Positions 38,001 through 51,720 of a stretch of 64,000 nt of DNA are shown here, piece after piece. Made by a program: the position numbers and the translations under genes. The notes beneath the pieces are model-generated. The model saw nothing but the letters and a program-made list of their open reading frames with translations, had not been told where the DNA came from and did no database searches. The stretch comes from Lama glama. Taxonomy: Eukaryota. The stretch lies in assembly GCA_028534125.1 (NCBI GenBank), contig CM052817.1:52516001-52580000 (forward strand), in the 5' to 3' direction. Position 1 is the stretch's first letter. Each line of letters starts with the position of its first letter.

Positions 38001-39879
38001 GAGTGTACTTTAGAGGTCTCCCTCAAAATGCTATCTTAGATGTTACTGTTTTCTCCTCTCCACAAAGCTCTACCCCTGACTTTGATCTATTGGTTAGTAT
38101 CGTATTCAAGAATAATCACGATTTCTTTTATAAGTGCTCAACATACATATTAGATGCCTGTTTACTTGCTATTTTTAGAAGTTTATTGTCCCAATTTTTT
38201 TCTTCATCTGCCTTTATTATTCTGTATATTCTTGCACTAGTCTTAATTCTCTGATGTATTTTCACAGAACAGGTGATTATAAATTTTTTCAGAATAAGAA
38301 AACTTTTTTTTAAGAGTTTGTACTGTTTCTTAATTCCTTCAGAGCCAGAAAGAACTGATTTGGCTAACATATGAAATGGCATTGAATCATTGCCATTATT
38401 CAAAGGTACTGAATTAGACCACTCTTGTTTCAGATATACAAGTAAATATAAACATGAAAATTTATGTTTACAGATAGATAAAAAAGTGAACTTAGATAAA
38501 ATATTTTAATATTAAAACTTTTAAAAGAGCAAAGATTTTATTATTGTATTTTATTTCATTATTTTAATATTGCTTGTTACATACTTTACATAATTATGTA
38601 TATATATAATTATCATACTGTATATCATACTATATATAATGCTTTTTATGCAATTCAAAATAAAATACTTGGGGTAAATAATTAGTCCATGACTTCAAAT
38701 AATTAGTCCATGACTTTTAACAAATATTTGCTGTATTAATGGAGTTAAAAATCATTGGATTTTTTATTTTATTTCTGAGAATTTCACCTCTTAAGAATTT
38801 TAATATAAGAAGACACTTCTGCAGATATTGTAACAATTTAAATTCAGCTTATTGGCCAAATGACAGTGTGTGCAAAGTTGTTATTTTTTTTTCCATGTAG
38901 GTGAAACAGAAGGAAAAGATATTGATGTTTACTCTACATGAAATAATATTATATTAGGTCTAATGATAGGTCAATTCCTTGGAAGTAGGGAGATAGGCTG
39001 ATTGACTGATGTTATAAATTATTAACATCAGAATTAGGTTTGGGCAAATTATATTGGTAAGTAGCATTTTAAAAATTTTGGTGTATAAATGAAAGTATGC
39101 CACATTAATTGCAGAAGTTACTTTTTCTAGTCATTTCAATTTTAGCCTACATTTTTTATTCAATAAAGAATAAATTATTCTGTAAATATTCTTGCCAGTC
39201 AGAATCAAGAAATAATCTGTTCAGAAATGTCAGCTTTCTGAATGTTTAGAACAGAGTTAGAACTAGCAAAAAAAGTTTTAAATATCTGTCATGAGCCCTG
39301 ACAGCTTAAATCTTCGCTACTTCATATTACAAAATAAAGTTTGAAATTCACTTGCATATTTTGTAGTAGGTTGAATAAGTCACAAATAATAATGTTCTTC
39401 CTCTGGATAACAAAAGAAGAACTACAGGCACACATAGTTAAATTGATTGTTTGTTTTCTTCCTCGGAGAAAAACAAAAAAGAAAGACACAAAAAATAAAC
39501 TTCATAGTAGGTTGTTATCCACTCATGAATTCTTTAGTACTTTCATGAATTGAATATTTGGCATTTTGAGGGTTCAGCTGTTGTAGCACTTTTAACGTCT
39601 ACTGGTGTTTTACAGCAACAATGAATATACTTTAAAATCAAGGGAAAAAAAGTCACCATAATTTTACGTTTAGTTCTAATATATTTAGCTGGGTTCTCAC
39701 ATATTTTTGCTAAAGATAGGAAATCTATAATTACACGGTTTTTCAGGTACCTAATATTCCCAAGAGTATAGTGGAATATAAAGTAGAAAAATAACAAGAA
39801 ATAGCTTTGTTCTCCAGAAATTTCCTTTTTTATTTTTCAATTTTTGAAACTAAATTGATCTCACATCAACTAAGATAGA

Positions 39880-40440
39880 GGCTATAGACAACCTAATAAC
39901 CTGATGAGGTTATTTTATTTATTTATTTTAAATCTCCAACAATAAGTATTTATTATCATGCTCACAGATCTATTGGGAAAGCTGTGCCTTAGGCTAAGGA
40001 TCTGCTGGTTGGCTGGATTCATTCTGCTCCATGTGTCTCTTGTTATCCTGGGATTAGTAGTCTACCTGGGCATATTCTTCTCATGATAATGGCAGAAACA
40101 TAGAAAAGCAAGGCCAACTGTGCTAGCACATATCAAGCCTTTGGTTTAGTCTACCTGGGCATATTCTTCTCATGATAATGGCAGAAACATAGAAAAGCAA
40201 GGCCAACTGTGCTAGCACATATCAAGCCTTTGGTTGTGTCATCTCTGCTAGCATACCACTGCCTAAAGCTAGTCAGTTGTCTGAGCCCAAAGTCAAAGTC
40301 TGGGTAGATATGCTCCAAAGAGCCAAGCACATTACATTGCCAAGTCCAGCATCAATAGACCAGAAAATTACACTCTCTCCTGGAGTTTGTGTGGGTGGGT
40401 GGCAGGTGTGGAGAAAGCTAATGCTTAGTGAACACCATTC
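39880..40440 (-). mobile_element. MLT1-type MaLR LTR containing an 89-bp tandem duplication
   Basis: caacaataagtatttattatcatgctcacag..ctgctccatgtgtctct..gggcatattcttctcatgataatggcag..ctgctagcataccactgcctaaagc..gagcccaaagtcaa. Confidence 0.75.
40058..40235. repeat. Perfect 89-bp tandem duplication
   Basis: 40058-40146 is identical to 40147-40235. Confidence 0.95.
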
Positions 40441-43019
40441 TAATTTATATAGCCACCCATGGGAATGAAAAACAACTTTGCAAGTGGGACACTGGAAATT
40501 ATGGTGAGAGGGTCAGTCCTGCCTCCACATAGTATGTCATTCTTTGCTTCACTGTATATGGTGCATCTTAGAAAATTGCACCTGGACCCTGTAGGGGTTA
40601 GAGCTGAGCCTTTTGTGGGCCATTCCAGTGTTCTGTCAGGTCAGGTACTTCTGGATAATGTGCCGTATGGGGAAAACAGTGGATCCCAGGGTCATTTGCC
40701 ATTTAAGGCACCTCCTTCAGCATAAAATAGGTTAGAAATTATGTTATGAGAGATCTTACATGGGTAAAATAATGAAGATTTTATTTTAAATATGAATTTC
40801 CTGAATACACTTTTGTTTCTAAATAAATGAATTTGTTTAGAATATAGTAATTTACTTTTTAGTTTTAGGCTGTAGACATGGCATAAATATGTGTATACAT
40901 GTATATTTTATTACCTGTAGATTATTATAGACATATTTTGAGCTATTCAATAATAATTATAATATTTCATCACACTAGGGAAATAATTATTAAACTTTGA
41001 AAAAGAGCACTCATGCATGTGTGTTTCTTACATTATAATCTCAAATATACGTGTTTGAAAAAGAAAACAATGTTATTTACAATGTCCCATAGAAATTACT
41101 GAGGGACTTTGATTTATTTTAATAGTGATTTTCTGAAATATTTATCTTCAAAATTAATAAAGGAATTTGCTGCCACTGATGCTTTTGCTCTAAAATTTTG
41201 GATTGTGTCAAATATATGCAAAAAGAGTTATCAATATGATTAACAGAATAAAAAATTGTTTATAGGCATTGGGAACCAATGTTTCATGAGATAGTATATT
41301 CTTCTTAGTTTAGAGTATACTAACAATTACAGTCATGATTATTATGTTAGCTAACATATAGTAATATTATTCATTTAAAGGCTTACACCATGCATTATTG
41401 TACTTAATTTTCACACTCAATGAGTTACATGTTGTTTTAAATTTCCATTTTATACAGATAAAGCAACAGAACTTCAGTGCTATTCACTAAAAGAAAAGTT
41501 AAAAAGAACTAGAATCCACTTCTCATAATGTGTCCTTAATTTGGGAGTGGCTAGCTACCTATTGTTAAGTGTGTGATTTGAATATATGATAAAATATTAA
41601 TGTTCATTATATATGATCATGCATTTCTCTGCATATAGAGAGCATACAAATAGATATAATTACATATCTATGAGAATCTGTGTGTGTGTTTATATGCTTA
41701 TGTACATATGTAAATCTATATGTCTGTATGTAGGTAAATATGTATCTGTATGTGTGTATGCACATGTGTGTATCTCCATGTACTTGTAGATAGATACGCT
41801 CCATTCTGTCATGTTTTATACATTTATTCACATTTGTGTTTCCATCTAATTAACTGAAAAAAAAAGCTGGTTTAACAATTAACTAGTCTGTGTATAGATA
41901 AAAAAATCATTTCCCATTCAGAGTATGTAAAAACCACAATAGGAAAAGCAATAGATTAGGTATTAAGTTGGTTTGCAATTGTCTTTAAAAAGTGGTGTCA
42001 TGCATAAAATAGAGACTTTCCAGTATACTCACCTTCAAAAGTTGGCCTCTATGAATGTTGAATGTATTTTCTTTTAAGAGAATCAAAACCATATAATGTT
42101 ATGGTCACTTACTGCTTGTTGACTCATTTTTGCTTGTTCATTCTAAATTCTTATTAAAAAAACAGAAACTTAGGTATAACATGTATACGTATACATACAT
42201 CATGCATATATATGTGTATAGACAGACTTACAGTGTTACTTTGTAAACTAAGTCTGTCTCATTTCATCGCTACTTTGATCAGAGACATGATATACTCATG
42301 AGAATACTCGATTAATTTAAATGGCTGGTGAACTGGACTTTCATAGTTTACTTTTCTAGATTGTAGAACATAAACACAATTGGTGCATATTTTTGAATTA
42401 ACTAAATAAAGAATATCCACTAATTCAAATATCAGTTAATAAAAGAAAACATTAAGCTTTAATTTAAAAATAGTCACTGCTTTTTTAATTTGTTCTCAGT
42501 TACACTTTCAAGTAATAATGAAAATCCTATGCAGTTATTTAAACTTCATTTTAGAGTATATATAACTTCATATTCTCTTCATTTAAGCGGTGAATAGCAT
42601 TTTAGATTTTTAAAAAATAGTGGAAAAATTGCCTTCTTTCGAATCCACTTTATAAACTGAAGAAGAAATATTTCCAAAGAAAGAAGACATGGGGAAAAAA
42701 ACCCAAACCAAGTATCCAAACTTGGAGTATGAATATCATTTTGGTATAAATTATGGGACTCTTTATACACATTTACTACCATGAATTATTCACATAGAGG
42801 ATGAATTTAACCCAAATATTTCAAAGAGATTTTTAAACTCATTATGTACATACATATATTTAGAATTTATGGCACAAAATGATAAGTTCTTTGTAGAATT
42901 TGATTTCTAATGTCTAAGTTTTCTATGTTTACCTCCTTTGGAATCATGCCATCTCCAGTTGACTTAAAACTGTGTCCCTCTCAACCTGTGTTCTAAAGTT
43001 GACTGCTTTGGAACCTACT

Positions 43020-43270
43020 AATAAATAAAATCCATGTAGCATTTATTGTGGCTTTAGTAAATTCTAGGTATTTTGACTTATATATCATTTCACTGAATCC
43101 ATATAACCACACTCATTGGTATGGAACTGTATTTCCTCATTTCACAATGGAAGAAATTGAACCTCCGAAGAGTATGTAACTTGCCAAAAATACAGTCAAC
43201 AAAAAGAATTGTGGCAAAAGATCCAGGATCTTGTTTAATCCAGAGTCAGTATTCTTAAACAATATGCTAT
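43020..43270 (-). mobile_element. MIR SINE
   Basis: cctcatttcacaatggaagaaattgaacctc..gtaacttgccaaaaatacag..ccagagtcagtattcttaa. Confidence 0.7.
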
Positions 43271-43672
43271 GCAGATAATTAATATGGTTTAATTTAGTAT
43301 TTTGGCTGCCAGGATGAATAGTATTTTTATCCACAATGAGATGAGATGAATTTGTAAGTGCATGTGCTGTTTATAGAGAGAAAAGATTAATCTGGGAAAA
43401 TATAAAAGTTCTTAAAATAATGATTTGTGTTTGGGGAATAAGGAAATTAAATCCTAAAACTTAAACTTTTCTGTGTGTTATCTCACCACAAATGTTCTTT
43501 ACAGAGTGATCTGTATAATTTTAATCCCATTCAATTAATAAATTTTAGGTTGTGTACATTAGAATTTCACAAAGATATTTGTGTAAAAAATTCTTTCATA
43601 AATTAGAAAAATGTATTTATTAAACAAATCCATAGTGCTGACCAGATACCAGGAAGTTTTTTAATATATATA

Positions 43673-43878
43673 CCATTGACCCTTGAACAACTTGGGCTTG
43701 AATTGTGCAGGCTCACTTATATACAGACTTTTCTCAATGAAATTGTGTATGTACTACATGATTTGAGGATGTGAAACTATGGATATGGAGAGCATCTGGG
43801 GAACTTGAGCATCCATGGATTTTTGTATCTGCAGCAGGTCCTAGAACAAATACCTCAGGAATACCTAGGGATGACTGT
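43673..43878 (-). mobile_element. MER2-like (Tigger) MITE inserted in a MIR
   Basis: ttgacccttgaacaac..gaacttgagcatccatggatttttgtatctgc..gtcctagaacaaatacctc..gggatgactg, flanked by TA; MIR-like sequence on both sides (to ~44085). Confidence 0.8.
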
Positions 43879-44536
43879 ATAGATACATATGAGTGTATGC
43901 ATATATATGTCTATGTATTCTTTTGATTCTCATAAAAACTATATGGCATACATCATTTTATCATTTCTAACTTTAGATGAGAAAACTTTACTCAAGTGAC
44001 TTATTCTAGTTCACCCAGTTAACAAAAAGTAGAACTGGTCATTGATCCCAGGGAGTCTACTTTTTTTTTCTCTTAACACTATACTACAGAACGTTTTAGA
44101 GAAATGAGCATTAAAAAATAGTCTAGTTATGTGGCTTTGTTTTCCCAAATGACCATACTCAAGAAATGTACATTAACATGAAAAAAGTTTTTTAGTTAGT
44201 TTTCCAAGTAAACTTTAATTGCCTCTGCCAGACTCAATAAGTTTTATTTTCACTTGGTAAAAATACATAACAGGATATGAATAAGCAATTTTTTCTTTTA
44301 ATAAGAGAAAAATATACAAATACTACTACCAGAAGCATTAATAAGTATAATTAAAGGATTAAAAATTAAATTTCAAGCCCACCTACTGGTCCATTCCTCA
44401 TACATTTTAATTGTCCAGTTTTAGATTTTATTTGTTCAATACAGATTAAAAAGTAAAAGTAGCTAAATATATAAAACTGAAAATAAAAGTCTTACATGTC
44501 TATGAGTTAAAATTGCTCAACAGGAATTAAAGGTAG

Positions 44537-44976
44537 TGTATTAATATTTCTAAGGTTGCTGTAATAGATCACCATGAACCTGGTGGCTTAAAAACAACAG
44601 AAATTTGTTCTCTCAAATTTCTAGTAGCCAGAAGTCTGTGATCAAAGTGTTACTTTCTGAGGCTCTGAGGGAGAATAAACCATTCCATGCCTCTTTCCTG
44701 GCTTCTGATGGCTGTCAGCAATCCTTGGCATCCCTTGGTTTATGGATGCATTACCCTAACCTCTGCCTCCATCTTCACATGTTTTTCTCCCTCTGGGTCT
44801 TGTAAGGATACTTCACTTTTCCTTGTATTTAGGGTCCATCTTAATTCATGATGATCTCATCTTGAGATCTGTAACTTGACTACAATTGCAGATACTTTTT
44901 TTTTTTTCTCAAATAAGGTCACACTCATAGCTTCCAGGGAACACATCTTCGGGGGGACACTATTCAACCTACTACA
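44537..44976 (-). mobile_element. MLT1B/C-like MaLR solo LTR
   Basis: tgtatta..ggttgctgtaa..ggtggcttaaaaacaacagaaattt..ggggggacactattcaacctactaca; 5-bp TSD ggtag/agtag. Confidence 0.9.
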
Positions 44977-45555
44977 AGTAGAAAATTAAGCAGTAAAATT
45001 TTTGAGTCCCCTTACCCTAAAGGTCACCAGTGATTTTCCCTGAAGGTAACTGCTTTTCATGTCCAATGTGTACTCTTTGCAGAAACATTTTGTATATACT
45101 CATTTATACACACAAAATCGATCCATTTTTTATTTATCCCAAAATCTTCAAAGATTACATACTGATCTTCTTGTGAGTTTTAGTTAAATTCTTACACATT
45201 AGCATTTGCCTACACATTGCATATAAATCTCTTGCAAAATGTCATGGTATTAAAATCAATCAAATACCTATAATTCATTAAACCTTCATTACATTTGTTA
45301 AAGCTTCTGTCATCACTTCATTTTGTGTGTGGTACTTTTAAAGTTATTTATTTCTATTCCCATTTTGTTATAACTATATTGGAACACGTAACATTTTCCC
45401 CAAAATATTGTTCAAAGAATAGAGAATATAATTTTCTGTTACTAGTGACTTGGGATCTGATTTAATGGATGGGTAAATATGCTTTCTGATACTGTGGAAG
45501 GCTAATGCAGTATTATTGTAAGAAAAACAAAAGGATAGTTGTGTATACAGAGGCG

Positions 45556-45578
45556 TGTGTGTGTGTGTGTGTGTGTGT
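45556..45578. repeat. (TG)n microsatellite
   Basis: Directly visible. Confidence 0.9.
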
Positions 45579-48201
45579 TGAGCATTGAAAGGAAAGTCAA
45601 AGAGTTATGTGGTGAGTTACACCTAGTTCATGAGATTGATCAGACAGTGAGTCTTCAGCCTAAAAGCTGTCTAGCACAGCCTAATGGCTAGGAGAGCCAC
45701 AAGACTCTTGAACTCTATGAGAGTAATTTTGCTGCCCTATTAGCATAAATTGCCTATTGCTGAGAGTCACTTATATGCCCAAATAGGAACCCTGGAAACC
45801 AGCATGTTTGAATGAAGAGATTATGGTGTTGGTGCTTCAAGCAATCTAGAATATTCATTCCAAGCTGAGCATTCACTAGGTATACATCTATTTCAGATAG
45901 GTAAATGTTAGTGATTAAATTCCCATGTGGCTGAAAAGTAGTTGGAAAGCTAATATGTTTAATGGAAAAATGTCTTAAGTGGCTGAATTGAGCACAAATA
46001 TATATATATTTTACATAAATATTTTAAAATTAAGGAATAATATTGTAATTTATTTGAAAAAGTGATCTGGAGATTTGAGTTAGATCTGCTGTCCATAGAT
46101 TGTCAAATAAGCTAGTGCAAAGTTGAAATTCCTTAATAGTGACTCAATCCATTTTCATGCTCACTGTGTCTTAGAACACTGTTAAACTTTGATAAGTCAT
46201 CCTGCCTGTATGCTGTTTTTAATCTAGCAGGAGAGTTATTCAAACATAGTATATTTTCATATAGTAAACAAGTGAGGTGGATCAGGAAGTCTAACTGCAA
46301 AAATTAAGATAACCTTATTAGTAGAAATCACACACCTTCCATATTGCCAATTTTAAATGGGAATTTAAAGAATTTGTGGATTCTGCAGTAGAAAAGTCAT
46401 GGAATAAAAAAAAAAAGGTTTTCAAAGGACCTAGTATAAGAGGAAACAGTAGACACGGAACCAATGAGAAAATAGCCAACTGAAATCCAAATAATTAGCA
46501 GAATATTCAGTTGGTAAAAAACTCTAAGATATAGACAATGTTCCAAACATGTGCTTCCCTAATTTACTGATTAAGTTCTTTCAGTGGCAAAAAACATATT
46601 TGTTCTCATATTGTTAACAAATGTATAATGCTAGAAGATTTTAAATATAACTTATGATTACTTTGGTTTTGCTCTCTTTTGTTAAAATGTAAAGAATATT
46701 AAAATAGACCCTTGAGATTTAAAAATTCTTAAGCTAATTTGCAGTCAAAAAAATCTAAATGATATTTGTTTTTCTAGCAATTGGTCTTTTAGGGAAACAG
46801 AATCTTATATTTAAAAGAATTAGTGCATTTGAGTTTTTCACTTTATAAAAGTGAAAATATGTTCATGAATAAATAACAGTTTGCATATACTAAATATTTA
46901 AAGCAATCTTATGATGGCAATGGAAAAGAAACCTGTGGCACTAGAGGTGCATTTTCATTTAGTTAAAGTGATTTTTCTTTTCAAGTCTGCAAAAATGTAA
47001 CATCTCATTCTGAAAAGATTGAGGACAAATAAAATGACCTTAGTGTGGCATAAATTCCTCTTTATCTATTTGTTTCCAGACAGAATATTAAAGAACGTAT
47101 AACACCAGTCAGTATGGTTGCTGTAAATCAAAGATTTTTTTTCAAAGGTGACAATTCTTCGCATTTGTAAATGCTCTATTTTTGCTATTGTTTTTGATAA
47201 AGCATTGTTTTCTCGTTAGCTTTACTGTATAAATTCTCATTAGCACAGAAAATATTTGATGAATATGTCACACAGCATGACCTGAATGGTTAAAACATCT
47301 CCCCTAGGCAGCAGAGCAGCAGGAGGTAATTAGAGCTCCCCATGATATTTATTTCTAATAATATTCCATTGACATTTGAGGTTGATAGGCAGTATTTAAA
47401 GTTTTCTACTGTTGGCTTAGGCATGCAGCTTTACAAACTATATATCTAACAGAATGGTTCATCTGAGATTTCTGAAGGTATTTTTTTTTCAGGCTTCAGT
47501 AAGCTATGAAGTCATCAAACCCCAGTTCCCATCTAATATGGTTGTGAAGAATCAGCTGTCTTGCAAATTCTATCTTGCAGTCTGAGTAAATATATAATAA
47601 AATTAAAAGATGTAATACAAATCAAATATAATCTCATTGCCACGTTGCATGAACATATTTATACAGAACTTTCCAGAATTAAATTGTTCTAAAAACAAGT
47701 GGTTACTAAAATTAAATCAGTACATCCAAAGCATAGAGAAGACATTAATCAAAAGATATTTTTAAAAATTTAGAAAAGGAAGAAATCTAAATGTAGACTC
47801 TGGTCTATCTCGTGTGTGAAGAGAATAATGAAATTAATATAAATGACTGAAGGAAGGGAAAAAGTATATTATTCTGTCATTTTCCTCTGCCATATTTCAG
47901 ATGGAAATATTAAAAATGTATTTTCCTAGTATCTCCACCATATGTATTTCTCTTTGCAAATATAAGTCAAGATAGGATCTTTGTTAAACAAGGAACTAAT
48001 ACATTTCATAACGATAGAACTAATTTATGTTTTTCCTCAAATATTATTTAAAAAAATAAAGGCTTAATTTTAAAATAAATTTTAATGGGAAAAATATTTT
48101 CCATGTGAGAATTTTCAGAATGGATACATTATTCTTCCTGAGCAAAAGCATGATTCTCTACGTGATTGACTCAAACTTACTGGCTTTTTCTTATTTTCAG
48201 G

Positions 48202-48370
48202 TTTTTTTTTTTTTACATTTTTATTGATTCATAATCATTTTACAGTGTTGTGTCAAATTCCAGTGTTCAGTACAATTTTTCAGTCATACATGGACATATA
48301 CACACTCATTGTCACATTTTTTTCTCTGTGATTTATCATAACATTTTGTGTATATTTCCCTGTGCTATAC
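48202..48370 (-). mobile_element. Short young L1 3' end (camelid-like), heavily 5'-truncated
   Basis: Poly(T), then acatttttattgattcataatcattttacagtgttgtgtcaaattccagtg...ccctgtgctatac; ttcag on both flanks and a TTTT/AA endonuclease site on the right. Confidence 0.8.
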
Positions 48371-49664
48371 TTCAGATATTTTTTAAAGACAAATTTATAA
48401 TTTTACTAAAAGTATTTTGTCACAACTTCAGCCTATATTCTTCCAACAAGATTTTTTTTTTTTTGCAAAGCATGTGAAGCTAGGATGTAGAGGCTTAGAC
48501 ATCCTTTCTTTCAGTGAGTTTCAACATATACTTACATGAAAAAGCTAGCAAGACTTCGCATTTCTGAAATTTTCCTACTTTTTAAAGAAAATGAAACCAC
48601 TAGATTTAATGAACGTAAGTGGATTGGGAATAGATAAATTGCATTAAGCTCAGAATTTATTTATTAACTATCATTGTTTGAAAATGGTTTCTGAATAGTA
48701 TTTAAACAAAATGAGATAGAATAAAAGAAGAAAGGGTGAAGACAGACTTTGAAACACATGAGAAATTTAAGAAGGACTCCTAATATGTATTGCAGATTTT
48801 TTCATACCAACTTAATCCATATTTCAGCTGTGAATATTTACATTATGCTGATAGGCAGATAGAATGGAAGAAAATAAGATTAAGATCAGCTAATTACTTT
48901 ATAATTTCTGTTTCCCATTCCCAAAAGAAAACATTTGTCTTGTCCAAGTTAGGAAAAAATACACATATTGTGTATAATCTTTGTTGTCATCTGCAAAAAA
49001 ATGATACATTTACGTAATACCTGTAAACAAAATTTTAAGTTATATTAAGTATCATTTTTATAATTTCTTTGAGTGATGCCATACTAAAATGAATCATCTC
49101 TAATGCATATCAATTTCTGAACTATACCTTACATATGTTAAAAGCAAGGTAGTTAATTCAGAGCAATATATTATTTCAAATTACCATGCTAAAGAGATGA
49201 AGCAGTCTTCAAAAGAAATATATGTCTGGAAAAGCAATGACTGTACTAAACATTTAAATTGTGTTAACTCTTCCAGAATTAATTCATAAGTTTTTGATGT
49301 AAGTTTAGGGCTGCTTCAGTGTTCATTTTGTTTTATGTATTGTTCACAAGTAACAATTTGTGTCTCACTTTCTCAGAAGACCACTGCATGTCTGATTGAT
49401 TCCCCTTGTACCTCTAGGAAATGGCTGTTCCCTAGTTGTCTGGTTAAAGCTAAGAACAACACTTTGCATACTGGAGGTAACAAATATTCATTATTCTGAA
49501 CCTGTCTTGTTCACCTGAATAGTAAAGTAAAATGACTTAGAAGTCATAGCCAACAGAGATGCACATCTTTTCCTTAACATATACTTGCTACAAAGTCTTA
49601 GGATAAAATAATAAGACACAGAGAGAAAATTGTATGTGGGTGTGTTAAAAAGTCCCAAAAGACA

Positions 49665-51720
49665 TTATAATAGAATTTAATTTTAGAGAGCTTTTTAAGT
49701 TTGCATAAAAATTATACAGAAATATAGAGATATCCCATATATTCCCTGTCATTCTGTAAGAGTTGCCCCTGTTAACATCTTGCATTAACATGATACCTTT
49801 GTTATAATTGATAAACCAATATTGATACATTATTATTAATTTGAGTGCATAGTTTACATTAGAGTTTGCTCTTTGTGTTGTATGGTTCTAAGGATTTGGG
49901 CAAATGCATAAAGTCATGTATGAACCATTAAAATATTATATGGAAAAGTTTCACAAACCTAGATTGCTATGTGCTCCATCTATTATTCATTGTCTCACAA
50001 TCCTGAATTCCTGACAATCACTGAACTTTGTAATGTTTTCATAGTTTTTCCTTCTCCAGAATGTTTTATATTTAGAATCATACAGTATGTAGCCTTTTCA
50101 GATTAGTTTCTCTCACTTAGCAATATACACTTAAGCTTTCTCTATGTTTCTTTTGTGTTTTGTTAATTCATTACTTTTTTATTGCAGAGTAATATTCTAT
50201 TGTATGGATGTATTGTATTTTACTTATTCATATTTCTATTGAAGGGTGTCTTGAGTGATTCCAATTTCTGTCTTAAGAGTAAAGCTTCTATGAACATTCA
50301 TATGCAGGTTTATGTGCAGATGTAACTTTTCATCTCGTTTAGGTCAATACCTAGATGTGTTGATTGCTCAATCATATTGCTTTCCTATAAATAGCATTAT
50401 TCAAACATGTCAAACTGTCTTCTTAGTGGCTGTACCATTTTGCATTCCAGCCAGCAGTGAATGAGTGTTCTTGTTGATCCATGTCTTAATCAGCATTTGG
50501 TGTTGTCAGGATTTGAGGTTTTAGCCATTCTAATAGGTGTGTATGATATCTCATTGCTGTTTTAATTTGCAATTTCCTAATGACATGATATTGGATATCT
50601 TTTCATAAGCTTATTTGATATTTGTATATCTTCTTTGGTGAGGCAGTTATTCAAATTTTTATCCATTTTAAAATTGGATTGTTGTGTTTTAAGAGCTCTT
50701 TGTATGTTTTGATACCAGTTCTTTATATAACATGTGTTTTGTGAATATTTTCTCCCAGTCTGTGGCTTGTCTTTTTTTCTCTTAACTGTTTTTTGCAGAA
50801 TAGAAGTTCCTAATTTTAATTAAATCCAACTGATCTTTCTTTAATGGATTATGCTTTTGGTGTTATATCTAAAGATGACCAAACCAAAGGTCACCTAGAT
50901 TTTCTCCTTTCATTATCTTCTGTAAGTTTTATAGTTTCATGTTTTAAATTTAGGTAAATGATACACTTTGAATTACTTTTTGTGAAAAGTGTAAGGTCTA
51001 TATTCTTTTTTTTTTAATTTTGCATGTGAATTTCCAGTTGTTCAGCATATTTGTTGAAAATACTACCCCTTCTCCACTGAACTGCCTTTGCTCCTTTGTC
51101 AAAGATCAGTTGACTATATTTGTATATCTATGTCTGGGCTTTCATTAGATTCCATTGATCTATTTGACTATTTTTTTTTTCAGTATCACATTGTCTTGAT
51201 CCCTGTAAATCTTCAAGTCAGTCAGGGTCAGTTCTCCAAATTTGTTTTTCTTCAGTACTGTGTTGATATTCTGGGTCTTCTGCTTTTATGTATAAATTTT
51301 AGAATGAGTTTGTTGATATCAAAAAAACTTGATGGAATTTGGGGATTATGGTGAATCTATAGATCAGGGTAGGAAGAACTGACACCTTAACAACATTGAT
51401 TCCTCTTATCCAGGAACATGGAATACATGGAATATCTTACCACTTATTTAGATCTTAGATTTCTTGCATCACTGTTTTTTTTTTTTTGAAAGGTTTCTTC
51501 ATGTAGACTCTGTACATATTTTGTTAGATTTATACTAAAGCACTTCATTTTTTGTGCTAATGTAAATGGTGGTGTGTTTTTAATTTAAAAATCCAGTTAT
51601 TCATAGATGATATATTGAAAACCAATTAACATTTTTATATCAGTTTATACATTTTATCTTTTAAACTTGCTATAATCCTGTTCCAGGAGTTTTCTTCTTG
51701 TTGCTGCTAATCCTTTGGGT
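49665..51720 (-). mobile_element. Old L1 (L1MC-like) 3' portion
   Basis: gataaaccaatattgatacattattattaa..tagccattctaataggtgtgt..tctcattgctgttttaatttgcaatttcctaatgac..ctcctttgtcaaagatcagttgac. Confidence 0.9.

Noticed and set aside
38676..38716. Tandem duplication of aaataattagtccatgactt (20 bp, 21-bp period)
   Set aside because: An ordinary slippage-type microduplication.
42181..42259. 16-bp palindrome atgtatacgtatacat and 11-bp inverted repeat agacagactta/taagtctgtct
   Set aside because: Within or next to low-complexity purine-pyrimidine alternation; too short to call an RNA hairpin or MITE.
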